A stretch of DNA of 64,000 bases, taken from positions 2,177 to 66,176 of the forward strand of contig NZ_CANLTU010000014.1 of assembly GCF_947494125.1 (NCBI RefSeq), read 5' to 3'. The position numbers and the translations under genes were made by a program. The notes under the pieces are model-generated. The model was not told the origin of the DNA. It saw only the letters and a list, made by a program, of their open reading frames with translations, and did not search any database. The first letter of the stretch is position 1. Every line of letters begins with the position of its first letter. Below are positions 36,370 to 46,131 of the stretch, in pieces. This stretch comes from an uncultured Tenacibaculum sp. (GTDB taxonomy: Bacteria > Bacteroidota > Bacteroidia > Flavobacteriales > Flavobacteriaceae).

Positions 36370-38631
36370 ATGAAAAAAATAGTATTCTTCCTATTGTTTA
36401 TAGGAACGTCGGTTATATACGCGCAAAATAATTTATCAGGAAAAATTACAGACATTAATAAATCACCTCTTTTAGGAGTTGAAGTATTCTCAAATCAATT
36501 ACATAAAGGAACAGTTTCTAATGATCAAGGAGACTATACTTTTAAAAACATTCCAAATGGAAAAGTTACTATTAACTTTACTTTTTTAGGATTTAAAACT
36601 GTTTCTAAAGAATTTATTTTTAACAATCAGAATATTACATTTGATTTGCAATTGGAAGAATCTGTTTTTAAAATAGATGAAATTATAATTTCTACACCTT
36701 TTAATAAATTACAATCTGAAAATGTAATGAAAGTAGAACGATTGTCTGCTAAAGCTATCCAAAAAACTGGAGCCACTACGTTATCTGAAGGAATTACAAA
36801 TATAGCTGGAGTTTCTCAAATTACAACTGGAGCTTCAATTGGTAAGCCAGTAATAAGAGGTTTAAGTGGTAATAGAGTATTAGTATACACGCAAGGTATT
36901 CGTTTAGAAAACCAGCAATTTGGAGGCGAACATGGGTTAGGAATAAGCGATGCAGGAATTGAAAGTATTGAAGTTATAAAAGGACCTGCTTCTTTATTAT
37001 ATGGTTCAGATGCTTTAGGAGGTGTTTTATATATTCAACCAGAAAAATTTGCTCCAGAAAACACTACTAAATTCAATGTAAATCAACGTTACTTTAGTAA
37101 TACAATAGGAAGCAATACTTCATTAGGGGTAAAATCGTCTCTTAAAAATTGGCAATTTTTAGCAAGAGGAACCTATGCTATTCATTCAGATTATAAAACT
37201 CCTAATCAAAGAGCAACCAATACTCGTTTTAAAGAAAAAGATTTAAAACTTGGTGTTGGTTTTCATGAAAAAAACTTCTCTTCTGAATTACGTTATAATT
37301 TTAATAATTCAAGACTTGGATTAACTGAAGGTATCGGTGAACAAACTAAAGAAACACATTTAGAAATTCCTTTTCAAGATATAGATAATCATATTATTAG
37401 TTTACACAATCATTTATTCTTCAAAAACTCAAAATTAGATATTGATTTAGGATATACTATAAACAATAGAAAAGAGTTTGAAGAGCATGAGGAACACGAA
37501 GAAGGTGAAACCGAAGAAGAACATGAAGAGCACGAAGAAGGTGAAGCAGCTTTAAGTATGAAGTTAAAAACATTTAGCTATAACACTAAATATCATTTTC
37601 CTAAAATGAATAAGTTTGAACTTTTAATTGGTACTCAAGGATTGCATCAAACAAATACTAATTTTGGCGAAGAATTATTAATACCTAATGCTAAAATTAA
37701 TGATTTTGGGGTATTTACTACTGCTAATTTTGAACTTAGTAATAATACTCGTTTACAAGGAGGTATACGTTTTGACAACCGATCTATTAAAACAGAAAGA
37801 CATGAAGTACAACATGAAAATGAAGTACATATTTTCAATACCATAGATAAATCATTTAATAGTTTTACTGCCTCATTAGGATTGAAAACTAAATTATTTG
37901 CTGTTTTAAATACACGTATTAATATAGCTAATGGTTTTAGGGCTCCTAATTTAGCAGAATTAACTTCTAATGGAGTTCATCATGGAACGAATCGTTTTGA
38001 AAAAGGAAATAATAATCTTGTTAACGAGAAAAATTTACAATTAGATATTTCATTTGATTATAATACTGAGCACTTTGAAATATTTGCCAATGGATTTTAT
38101 AATAAATTAAACAACTATATTTATTTATCACCAACAGGTGAAATTGAAGACGGTGCTCCAGTTTATACGTATTTACAAGAAGATGCTAAATTATATGGTG
38201 GTGAATTTGGTTTTCATTTACACCCACACCCATTAGATTGGTTACATATAGAAAGTAGTTTTGAAACAGTTATAGGTAAACAGGATAGTGGTAACTATTT
38301 ACCCTTAATACCAGCTAATGCATGGAAGAATACACTTAGAACAGAGTTTTCTATTAAAAAATGGTTGCAACATGGTTATACATCATTAAGTATGCACTCA
38401 TATTTTAAACAAAACAATGTTAGTCAATTTGAAACTACCACGCCTGCTTATAATTTGATAAACTTTGGTTTTGGAGGAGATATCATGATTAACAAATATA
38501 AGTTTACTACGTCTGTAGCTATAAATAACCTTTTTAATGAAAAATATATTAACCATTTATCTAGATTAAAATCAAATGGAATACTAAATCCTGGTAGAAA
38601 TATTGTTCTAGGTTTACAGTTTAATATATAG
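36370..38631 (+). CDS. TonB-dependent receptor with His/Glu-rich loops, probable divalent-metal (Zn/Ni/Co) importer
   Basis: Plug motifs KPVIRGLSGNRV and IEVIKGPASLLYGSDALGGV; EEHEEHEEGE x2, HEVQHENEVH and GVHHGT; C-terminal GRNIVLGLQFNI. Confidence 0.9.
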   Translation: MKKIVFFLLFIGTSVIYAQNNLSGKITDINKSPLLGVEVFSNQLHKGTVSNDQGDYTFKNIPNGKVTINFTFLGFKTVSKEFIFNNQNITFDLQLEESVFKIDEIIISTPFNKLQSENVMKVERLSAKAIQKTGATTLSEGITNIAGVSQITTGASIGKPVIRGLSGNRVLVYTQGIRLENQQFGGEHGLGISDAGIESIEVIKGPASLLYGSDALGGVLYIQPEKFAPENTTKFNVNQRYFSNTIGSNTSLGVKSSLKNWQFLARGTYAIHSDYKTPNQRATNTRFKEKDLKLGVGFHEKNFSSELRYNFNNSRLGLTEGIGEQTKETHLEIPFQDIDNHIISLHNHLFFKNSKLDIDLGYTINNRKEFEEHEEHEEGETEEEHEEHEEGEAALSMKLKTFSYNTKYHFPKMNKFELLIGTQGLHQTNTNFGEELLIPNAKINDFGVFTTANFELSNNTRLQGGIRFDNRSIKTERHEVQHENEVHIFNTIDKSFNSFTASLGLKTKLFAVLNTRINIANGFRAPNLAELTSNGVHHGTNRFEKGNNNLVNEKNLQLDISFDYNTEHFEIFANGFYNKLNNYIYLSPTGEIEDGAPVYTYLQEDAKLYGGEFGFHLHPHPLDWLHIESSFETVIGKQDSGNYLPLIPANAWKNTLRTEFSIKKWLQHGYTSLSMHSYFKQNNVSQFETTTPAYNLINFGFGGDIMINKYKFTTSVAINNLFNEKYINHLSRLKSNGILNPGRNIVLGLQFNI
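37480..37545 (+). repeat. Tandem coding repeat EEHEEHEEGE x2
   Basis: Two 30-nt near-identical units (37480-37509 and 37516-37545). Confidence 0.8.
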
Positions 38632-38638
38632 AAAATCA

Positions 38639-38665
38639 AAAACTCCCCAAATTTTGGGGAGTTTT
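38639..38665. terminator. Bidirectional terminator between the TonB receptor and msrA
   Basis: aaaactccccaa-att-ttggggagtttt. Confidence 0.82.
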
Positions 38666-38699
38666 CTTTTTATATAAACAAACTTTAAATTAATAAAGT

Positions 38700-39356
38700 T
38701 TAATGCTTTTCCTTTTTAAGCAATTCTGGAAATTTTCGCTTAAAACGATTTAATCTAGGAATAGAAACTTTTTGAACATAAGGGTTTTCAGGATGCAGCT
38801 TTTCATAATTTTGATGGTATTCTTCTGCTGGATAAAACTTAGTGAATTTTGTTACTTCAGTAACTATTTTCCCCTTATAAAACTCTTTATTTAATTTCTT
38901 AATAGTACTCTCTATGATTTGTTTCTCTTTTTCATTTTTATAAAATGCAATAGATCTATATTGTGTACCATAATCTGGATGTTGTCCATTTTTGGTAGTT
39001 GGATTATGTGATCCGAAGTAAACATCTACCAAGGTTTGAAAACTAACTTTTTTAGTATTATAATAAACCGCAACAGTTTCAGCATGCCCTGTTCTACCAG
39101 TACCTATTTTTCTATACGTTGGATTTTTTGTGAGACCTCCTGCGTAACCTGAGACAGCTTCCTCCACTCCTTTTACACTTTCAAAAATAGCTTCAACACA
39201 CCAAAAACACCCACTAGCAAAATAGGCTACTTCTGTTTTTTCTAAATAGTTTATTGCCTCATTGTTTTCTATCTTTACTTGTTTCTCTGTGAAATTTGTA
39301 AAAATAATAGTTAAAAAGAGCACAGCTAAAAGTGCTATTGGTTTAAGTATCTTCAT
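38700..39356 (-). CDS. msrA: Peptide-methionine (S)-S-oxide reductase with export signal
   Basis: ASGCFWCVE, GHAETV, GTQYRS and AEEYHQNY motifs; hydrophobic N-terminus. Confidence 0.95.
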   Translation of the reverse strand: MKILKPIALLAVLFLTIIFTNFTEKQVKIENNEAINYLEKTEVAYFASGCFWCVEAIFESVKGVEEAVSGYAGGLTKNPTYRKIGTGRTGHAETVAVYYNTKKVSFQTLVDVYFGSHNPTTKNGQHPDYGTQYRSIAFYKNEKEKQIIESTIKKLNKEFYKGKIVTEVTKFTKFYPAEEYHQNYEKLHPENPYVQKVSIPRLNRFKRKFPELLKKEKH

Positions 39357-39444
39357 AAATTTTAAACTTTTATATCTATTCAGTCGTTTAAAAAAACAAG
39401 TTTTTACAATTGTTTACAACTTTAGGGTTTCCTTAAGAAAATTG

Positions 39445-39476
39445 TTTGCTAATTGTAATGTGGTTTTTTACTTTTG
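39445..39476 (+). promoter_or_regulatory. Consensus Bacteroidota promoter for dnaX
   Basis: TTTG (39445-39448), 20-nt spacer, TACTTTTG (39469-39476). Confidence 0.7.
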
Positions 39477-39499
39477 TTTGAGTAAACAGGAGCAATTAA

Positions 39500-41200
39500 A
39501 TGGAGCATTTTATAGTATCAGCACGTAAGTATCGTCCTCAAAATTTTGAAGATGTTGTTGGCCAACAAGCCATAACGAATACGTTAGAAAATGCTATAAA
39601 AAATAATCATTTAGCACAGGCTTTACTTTTTACAGGACCTCGTGGTGTTGGTAAAACTTCTTGTGCTCGTATTCTAGCTAAAAGAATAAATCAAGAAAAC
39701 GCAGATACTACTAATGAAGATGAAGATTTTGCTTTTAACATTTTCGAATTAGATGCTGCTTCTAATAATTCAGTTGATGACATTCGTAATTTAACTGATC
39801 AGGTTCGTATACCTCCTCAAACGGGAAAATATAAAGTATATATTATTGACGAGGTTCACATGCTTTCTCAAGCAGCTTTTAACGCTTTTTTAAAAACCTT
39901 AGAAGAACCGCCTGCACATGCTATATTTATTTTAGCAACTACAGAAAAGCATAAAATTATTCCAACGATATTATCTCGTTGTCAAATTTTTGATTTTAAA
40001 CGAATCGGAGTTTTAGATGCAAAAGAGTATTTAAAAATTATTTGTGCTAAAGAAAATATTACGGCTGAAGACGATGCTTTGCATGTAATTGCTCAAAAAG
40101 CAGATGGAGCCATGCGTGATGCTTTATCTATTTTTGATAGAGTTGTAAGTTTTTCTGGAAGTAACTTAACCCGTGAAGCTGTTACTCAGAACTTAAATGT
40201 ACTTGATTATGATGTCTATTTTAACATCACTGATTTATTATTAGAAAATAAGATTCCACAAGTATTAATGGCCTTTAATGATGTTTTAAGTAAAGGTTTT
40301 GAAGGACACCATTTTATTAATGGACTTGCCTCACACTTTAGAGATTTATTAGTTGCTAAAGATGAAGCAACAATACAATTATTAGAGGTTGGAGATAATA
40401 CTAAAAAGAAATATTTTGATCAAGCGAAAAAAGCTAATATGCAATTTTTGCTTCCTGCTATTGACAAAGCTAATGATTGTGACTTAAAATATCGAGGCAG
40501 TAAAAATCAACGTTTACTGGTAGAACTTACCTTAATGCAAATAGCCTCTATCACTTTTGATGGAGCAAAAAAAAAATCTAGCAACTACATAATTCCAGCT
40601 ACTTTTTTTACTTCTTTATCGCCAACGATAAAGAAAATTGCAATTAAACCAATTGTTAAAGCTTCTGAGATTCCTCAAGAAGTTAAACCTGAGGTCAAAG
40701 AAGTTCCGAAAGCAACCAAGCCTTTATTAAAAAACATAAAGCGTAGAGCTTCTGCTTTATCTTTAAAAAGTATTCATAATAAAAAGGTGGTTAGTACTTC
40801 TTTTGACGATGATGAAAATTTTGAAAACCATCCAAAAACACCTTTTACCAACGAAGAATTAAGTGAAACTTGGAAGAAATATTATTTTAAGTTACAAGGT
40901 CTTGGAGAGCGTAGCATGGCAGCTATTTTAGCATCAGACACTCCATTATTAGGAGCAAATCATAAAATAAGCTTTTCTATTCCTAATGAGTTAATGAAAG
41001 CTCAATTAGAAAAAGGAAAGCCAAAATTAATGCGTTATTTACGAGAATCTCTCAATAATTATGGTATTTCTATTGAAATTGTAGTTAATGAAACTATTGA
41101 AAAGAAGTTTGCTTATACACCTCATGAAAAATATGAGAAATTAAAAGAAAAAAACCCTTTAATTGAAAAATTAAAGCAAACTTTTGGATTAGACCTCTAA
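39500..41200 (+). CDS. dnaX: DNA polymerase III subunit gamma/tau
   Basis: ARKYRPQNF, GPRGVGKTS, ELDAASN, IDEVHML, LKTLEEPP and SRCQ motifs. Confidence 0.96.
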   Translation: MEHFIVSARKYRPQNFEDVVGQQAITNTLENAIKNNHLAQALLFTGPRGVGKTSCARILAKRINQENADTTNEDEDFAFNIFELDAASNNSVDDIRNLTDQVRIPPQTGKYKVYIIDEVHMLSQAAFNAFLKTLEEPPAHAIFILATTEKHKIIPTILSRCQIFDFKRIGVLDAKEYLKIICAKENITAEDDALHVIAQKADGAMRDALSIFDRVVSFSGSNLTREAVTQNLNVLDYDVYFNITDLLLENKIPQVLMAFNDVLSKGFEGHHFINGLASHFRDLLVAKDEATIQLLEVGDNTKKKYFDQAKKANMQFLLPAIDKANDCDLKYRGSKNQRLLVELTLMQIASITFDGAKKKSSNYIIPATFFTSLSPTIKKIAIKPIVKASEIPQEVKPEVKEVPKATKPLLKNIKRRASALSLKSIHNKKVVSTSFDDDENFENHPKTPFTNEELSETWKKYYFKLQGLGERSMAAILASDTPLLGANHKISFSIPNELMKAQLEKGKPKLMRYLRESLNNYGISIEIVVNETIEKKFAYTPHEKYEKLKEKNPLIEKLKQTFGLDL

Positions 41201-43006
41201 CTTTTTCCCTAAATAAACAATTGCATTATTCTCTTTAATATTTTCTAAATTGAATGTTGGTAATAATTCTAAAGCATCTCCTACCTTTATAAATAATGGT
41301 ATAGATTTTAATTCTTTATTAATTTTTTCAAGCTTCGTTGTAAAATCTTCTTTTGAAGTAATAATCAATTCGTGTATTGCAGGATAATCTCTTGCACTTT
41401 CATTCAAATTGATATAATCATCATTTTTAGTAAACAAATTAACTTCGTTTTCTATTTCATCTTCTTTTACTTCTTTAGAACTTGCTATTCTATATGCTCC
41501 TTTTTCACCATATTGTTCAGACAATTGAGCTATTGCATATTTATTTACTACATCACTACCGGTCATAGCTATTAAATAACCTACATCACTCAATTCTACT
41601 TTTTCATCTATACTATCATTATAAATATCAATATCAAAAGCTTCAATTTTATTGTTTCGTGCCTTTTCAATATAGTCTTTGTTTTGATCTAATAGTACTA
41701 CTCTTCTATCATTCTCCACCAAATATTTAGCTATAACTCTTGCCGCTTCTGATGCTCCAATAATTATTATTGCTTCTGATTCTTTTAAAAATACACCTAC
41801 AATCTTCGCAAATAAACGTGCAGTAGTTGCATTTAAAAGTACTGTACCTAATACAATCATAAATACCAAAGGCGTAATATACTCTGCTCCTACTATACCT
41901 TGATTCATTAATTTACTTCCAAATAATGAAGCAATACCAGCAGCTACAATACCTCTAGGTCCTACCCAACTTATAAATAATTTCTCATTTAATTTTAAAG
42001 TAGATCCTCTAGTACTTAAAAATACACCTAAGGGACGTATAACTAAGACTATCGCTGCAAATAATAGTAAAGCTTTCCAATTAAAGATAAGCTCTAGTTG
42101 GCTCATATCCATATTTGCTGCCAACAAAATAAAAAGTATCGATATTAATAATACAGAAAGTGACTCTTTAAAATATAATAATTCATCAAAACTATGAATC
42201 TTGCTATTAGCTATTACCATCCCCATTACTACTACTGATAATAAACCTGATTCATGTGCAAATAAATCTGACAATACAAACACAAATAGCACTGTTGAAA
42301 GTGAAACTACATTTAATAAATAATGTGGCACTAATTTTTTATTCACTATAAAAATTAAAGCATGAGCAAAAGTAAAACCAAATGTAGATCCAAATAATAA
42401 AATTTTTCCAAATTCTAATAATGCAGTTTTAGTAAAACCACTTCCTCCACCTACACTAATAAATTCAAAAACTAATACAGCTACTAAAGCTCCAATAGGG
42501 TCTATTAAAATCCCTTCCCATTTTAATACTGCTGCTACATCTTTTTTAAGAGGTACATTTCTTAATATTGGCGATATTACTGTTGGACCAGTTACTATAA
42601 TTAAAGCTGAAAATAGCATTGAAATTTCCCAACCTAATCCAAAAATATAATGTGCAAGTATTCCTGAAATAACAAAAGTTACTGCAGAACCTAAAGTAAT
42701 AAGTTTTGTTATCACGGGTCCTACATTAGAAATCTCACTTTTTCTTAGGGTAAGTCCTCCTTCAAAAAGAATAATACTTATTGCTAAAGACACAAAATAG
42801 AACAGTCCATCACCAGGAAATAATCCTTTCTTTCCATTCCATATAGGTTCTATCCACTTACTTCCATCTTCACTAAAAAATTCAGCAGCAACAGGACCAA
42901 CTAATAATCCTATCAAAATTAAAGGCAATATTGCTGGAATTTTAAATTTCCATGCTACCCATTGTGCTAAAATTCCTAAAATAATAATTCCTGCTAACTC
43001 TACCAT
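41189..43006 (-). CDS. CPA1/NhaP-type cation:proton antiporter with C-terminal TrkA-N-like domain
   Basis: ILFEGGL, TGPTVI, WEGILIDPIG and GPRGIVAA motifs; IIIIGASEAARVIA Rossmann-like domain. Confidence 0.9.
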   Translation of the reverse strand: MVELAGIIILGILAQWVAWKFKIPAILPLILIGLLVGPVAAEFFSEDGSKWIEPIWNGKKGLFPGDGLFYFVSLAISIILFEGGLTLRKSEISNVGPVITKLITLGSAVTFVISGILAHYIFGLGWEISMLFSALIIVTGPTVISPILRNVPLKKDVAAVLKWEGILIDPIGALVAVLVFEFISVGGGSGFTKTALLEFGKILLFGSTFGFTFAHALIFIVNKKLVPHYLLNVVSLSTVLFVFVLSDLFAHESGLLSVVVMGMVIANSKIHSFDELLYFKESLSVLLISILFILLAANMDMSQLELIFNWKALLLFAAIVLVIRPLGVFLSTRGSTLKLNEKLFISWVGPRGIVAAGIASLFGSKLMNQGIVGAEYITPLVFMIVLGTVLLNATTARLFAKIVGVFLKESEAIIIIGASEAARVIAKYLVENDRRVVLLDQNKDYIEKARNNKIEAFDIDIYNDSIDEKVELSDVGYLIAMTGSDVVNKYAIAQLSEQYGEKGAYRIASSKEVKEDEIENEVNLFTKNDDYINLNESARDYPAIHELIITSKEDFTTKLEKINKELKSIPLFIKVGDALELLPTFNLENIKENNAIVYLGKKLEV

Positions 43007-43086
43007 AGTCTTTTAATGTGCTAAATATTATTTCTTTAAATAAGAATAAAATTTTTATCTTCGAAATCTTAAAAATAAACAATATT

Positions 43087-43914
43087 TTGATTAAAAAAAT
43101 TTTAATTGGTATTGCTTTCTCTCCCAATTTAAAAGCTAATTTATTTGAGGCTTTTAGATTAGGGAATATGTTTGGAGCTCAGGTAATTGGAGTACATGTT
43201 GGAGAAAAGTCTAATGAAAAAGAAAAACAATTACAACAATTGTTAAATGAAGCTCCTAAATTACAACAACCATTAAAAACACTTTGGCAAGAAGGTAAAC
43301 CTGTAAATGTAATACTTGAAACAACAATACAAGAAAACGTTGATTTACTAATACTTGGTGCTTTACAAAAAGAAAAACTATATAAATATTATGTAGGCTC
43401 TATTGCTAGAGAACTTACTCGTAAAGCGCAATGTTCTGTACTCCTTTTAATAAAACCATCTATTGAAAGAATCCCTTGTAAACATATTGTTGTAAGTGGC
43501 TTAGAAGATGAAAAAACCGAAGAAACAATTAAAGCTGCTTTTACTATTTCTAAAAACTTAGATTGCAAAAGAGTTACTATAGTTGAAGAGATTAGTCAAG
43601 CAGAATTAAATGTAAAAGTTAGTGATGATGCTACATTACGCAAGGCTACATTAGCTAAAGAACGTTTAAAAAAACGTGAAGACTTTCGTGTGGAATGCAT
43701 GCTTAAACAAATTGACACCAACGATATTATTATAAAAAAACAAAGTATATTTGGGCGTAGAGGGTATTCTATAGGTCACTATGCAAAAATTAAAAGAGCA
43801 GATTTATTAGTAATGAATGCTCCAAAAAAAATGGGAATTATTGATAGAATTTTTCCTCACGATTTAGAATACATTTTATCAGAATTACCAACAGATGTTT
43901 TAATAGTTAAATAA
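43087..43914 (+). CDS. Universal stress protein (probable TTG start at 43087)
   Basis: IKKILIGIAFSP, VDLLILGA, ADLLVMNA and PTDVLIVK USP motifs. Confidence 0.82.
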   Translation: MIKKILIGIAFSPNLKANLFEAFRLGNMFGAQVIGVHVGEKSNEKEKQLQQLLNEAPKLQQPLKTLWQEGKPVNVILETTIQENVDLLILGALQKEKLYKYYVGSIARELTRKAQCSVLLLIKPSIERIPCKHIVVSGLEDEKTEETIKAAFTISKNLDCKRVTIVEEISQAELNVKVSDDATLRKATLAKERLKKREDFRVECMLKQIDTNDIIIKKQSIFGRRGYSIGHYAKIKRADLLVMNAPKKMGIIDRIFPHDLEYILSELPTDVLIVK

Positions 43915-46131
43915 ATGGGGAAAAAGAATCGATTTAAAACATTTTTAGGCGAATTACCACAAAATATTTTTTCAGGATTTGTAGTATCATTAATAGCTCT
44001 TCCATTAGGTTTAGGCTTAGCTTTAGCTTCTGGAGCACCACCAATATCAGGAATAATTGCTGCTATTATTGGAGGTTCTGTTGTTGCTATACTAGGTGGC
44101 TCAAATGTAACTATTACTGGACCTGGTAACGGATTAGTAGTAGTAATTCTAGCAGCTATAACTACTTTAGGAGCTGGAGATATGCATCAAGGTTTTCTAT
44201 ATACTCTAGCTGCCATTGTTGTTTCTGGAATTATCATGATTATTTTAGGGTTCTTACGCCTAGGTTCTCTTGGAGATTTCTTTCCTTCTTCCGCCATACA
44301 AGGAATGTTAGCCGCTATTGGTATTGGTATTTTTGCCAAGCAAATTCATGTAATGTTTGGTAACTTAAATGCTAAAGGGAGCATTATTGATTTATTAATA
44401 CAAGTTCCTCAAGGAATTATTGAATTTATAAATACAGATAACACAAGTACTTTTTATGCGGGATTAGTAGGTATAGTGAGCTTACTTATAATGGTTTTTT
44501 ATAGTAAAATTAGAAACAAATACTTTCAATTAATTCCAGCACCAATGTGGATTGTGGTTTTAAGTGTAGGTTTATATTATTACTATGATATGTTTTCTAC
44601 TTCTGCGTATCCTATAGATAAAAGTATTTTAATTAGTTTACCCAATGACGTGTTATCTAATTTTGCTTTTCCTGATTTTAGTAAAATTTATCAATTTGAG
44701 TTTATAAATGCAGTAATTGCTATTACTTTAATTGCAAGTATAGAAAGTTTATTAAGTATTAAAGCCGTTGACAAATTAGATCCTTTAAAACGACGTTCTA
44801 ACGTAAATAAAGATATTCGTGCTTTAGGATTAGCTACTGTTATTAGTGGTTTTCTTGGTGGTTTAAATGTAGTTACAGTAATTGCTCGAAGTTCTGTAAA
44901 TGTTAATAATAAAGGAAGTAATCGTTCAGCTAACTTTTTTCACGCAGCTTTTTTAGTTGCTTTTATCTTATTATTTGCTGCCGAACTACGTAAAATCCCT
45001 CTTCCTGCCTTAGCTGCTATTTTAGTATATACAGGATACAAATTAGCCTCTCCTGAGAATATTAGAAAAGTTTTTCAAATTGGTACAGAACAGTTAATTA
45101 TATTTTTAGTTACCTTATTAACAACTATTGCTACTAGTTTAATTACAGGAATTTTAGCAGGTATCTTTATTACTTTTGTTATTCACGTATTTATCAATAA
45201 AAATTTTATGTTTTTTCTTAAAAACTTATTAAAACCTAATGTTTTAATGTTTAAAGAAGATGAAAAATACTATGTTTCAGTTGAAAATTTTTCCAGTTTT
45301 TTAAATTACACAAAATTAAAAGCTAAACTAGATCAGATTCCGGAAAATGAAGATGCTATAATTGATTTTACTTTATGTGATTTTGTGGATCATTCTGTAA
45401 TGGAAAACCTACATAATTATGCTGAATCTTTTAAACGTAAAGGAGGACACTTTGAAGTAATTGGGCTTGATGGATATAAAACTGGTAGTGAGCATCCTTT
45501 TGCGCTTCGTAAAAATATTCCTATCCAAACAGAAGGAACAACTAATTTAAATAATTTAACAAAAAGACAAAAAGCACTACAAGCTATTAGTAATGATTTA
45601 GGATGGAGTTATACAGCTTTACCTAAAGAATCTGTTACTCAAATACCACATTTTGGATATTTTAAAACTAGACAAATAAATAAAGTATCTAATATATTAT
45701 CTAATAAAAATTGTACACTTTTTGATGTAGAATTTCACGAAGGTGAACTTTTTGCTAAACAAATTATAAAAGCAACAATGTTGCATATTGATTTAGGTGA
45801 AGATTTACCAGAATTTACTTTAGATAGAGAAGGAATTTTTGAATACATATACCACTTTGCAGGGTTTAAAGATATTAACATAGAAAATCATCCAGATTTT
45901 TCAAAGAGATTTTATTTATCTGGAAAAGATGAATCAAAAATTAGATTTTTCTTTACAGATGAATTAATTTTATTTTTCGAAAGCAATAAATATTATCATA
46001 TAGAAGCAAGTAATCAAGGTTTACTAGTTATTGGTAGAGAACGTTTAGCAGGTGTTAAAGAAATTAAATCTTTAGCTGATTTTGGAGTTCGATTAAAAAG
46101 CGTGATTAAGAAAAAAGAGGTTATTATTTAA
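43915..46131 (+). CDS. SulP family inorganic anion transporter with STAS domain and extra C-terminal domain
   Basis: ALPLGLGLALASG, ITGPG, ESLLS and VIARSSVN motifs; STAS-like IIDFTLCDFVDHS. Confidence 0.9.
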   Translation: MGKKNRFKTFLGELPQNIFSGFVVSLIALPLGLGLALASGAPPISGIIAAIIGGSVVAILGGSNVTITGPGNGLVVVILAAITTLGAGDMHQGFLYTLAAIVVSGIIMIILGFLRLGSLGDFFPSSAIQGMLAAIGIGIFAKQIHVMFGNLNAKGSIIDLLIQVPQGIIEFINTDNTSTFYAGLVGIVSLLIMVFYSKIRNKYFQLIPAPMWIVVLSVGLYYYYDMFSTSAYPIDKSILISLPNDVLSNFAFPDFSKIYQFEFINAVIAITLIASIESLLSIKAVDKLDPLKRRSNVNKDIRALGLATVISGFLGGLNVVTVIARSSVNVNNKGSNRSANFFHAAFLVAFILLFAAELRKIPLPALAAILVYTGYKLASPENIRKVFQIGTEQLIIFLVTLLTTIATSLITGILAGIFITFVIHVFINKNFMFFLKNLLKPNVLMFKEDEKYYVSVENFSSFLNYTKLKAKLDQIPENEDAIIDFTLCDFVDHSVMENLHNYAESFKRKGGHFEVIGLDGYKTGSEHPFALRKNIPIQTEGTTNLNNLTKRQKALQAISNDLGWSYTALPKESVTQIPHFGYFKTRQINKVSNILSNKNCTLFDVEFHEGELFAKQIIKATMLHIDLGEDLPEFTLDREGIFEYIYHFAGFKDINIENHPDFSKRFYLSGKDESKIRFFFTDELILFFESNKYYHIEASNQGLLVIGRERLAGVKEIKSLADFGVRLKSVIKKKEVII

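Noticed and set aside
39403-39419. TTTACAA direct repeat upstream of msrA/dnaX as a regulator or DnaA site
   Set aside because: It is only 7 bp in AT-rich DNA and does not match the DnaA box TTATCCACA.
43018-43086. N-terminal extension of the USP ORF
   Set aside because: It is AT-rich sequence between divergent genes; the USP fold begins at IKKILIG (TTG 43087).
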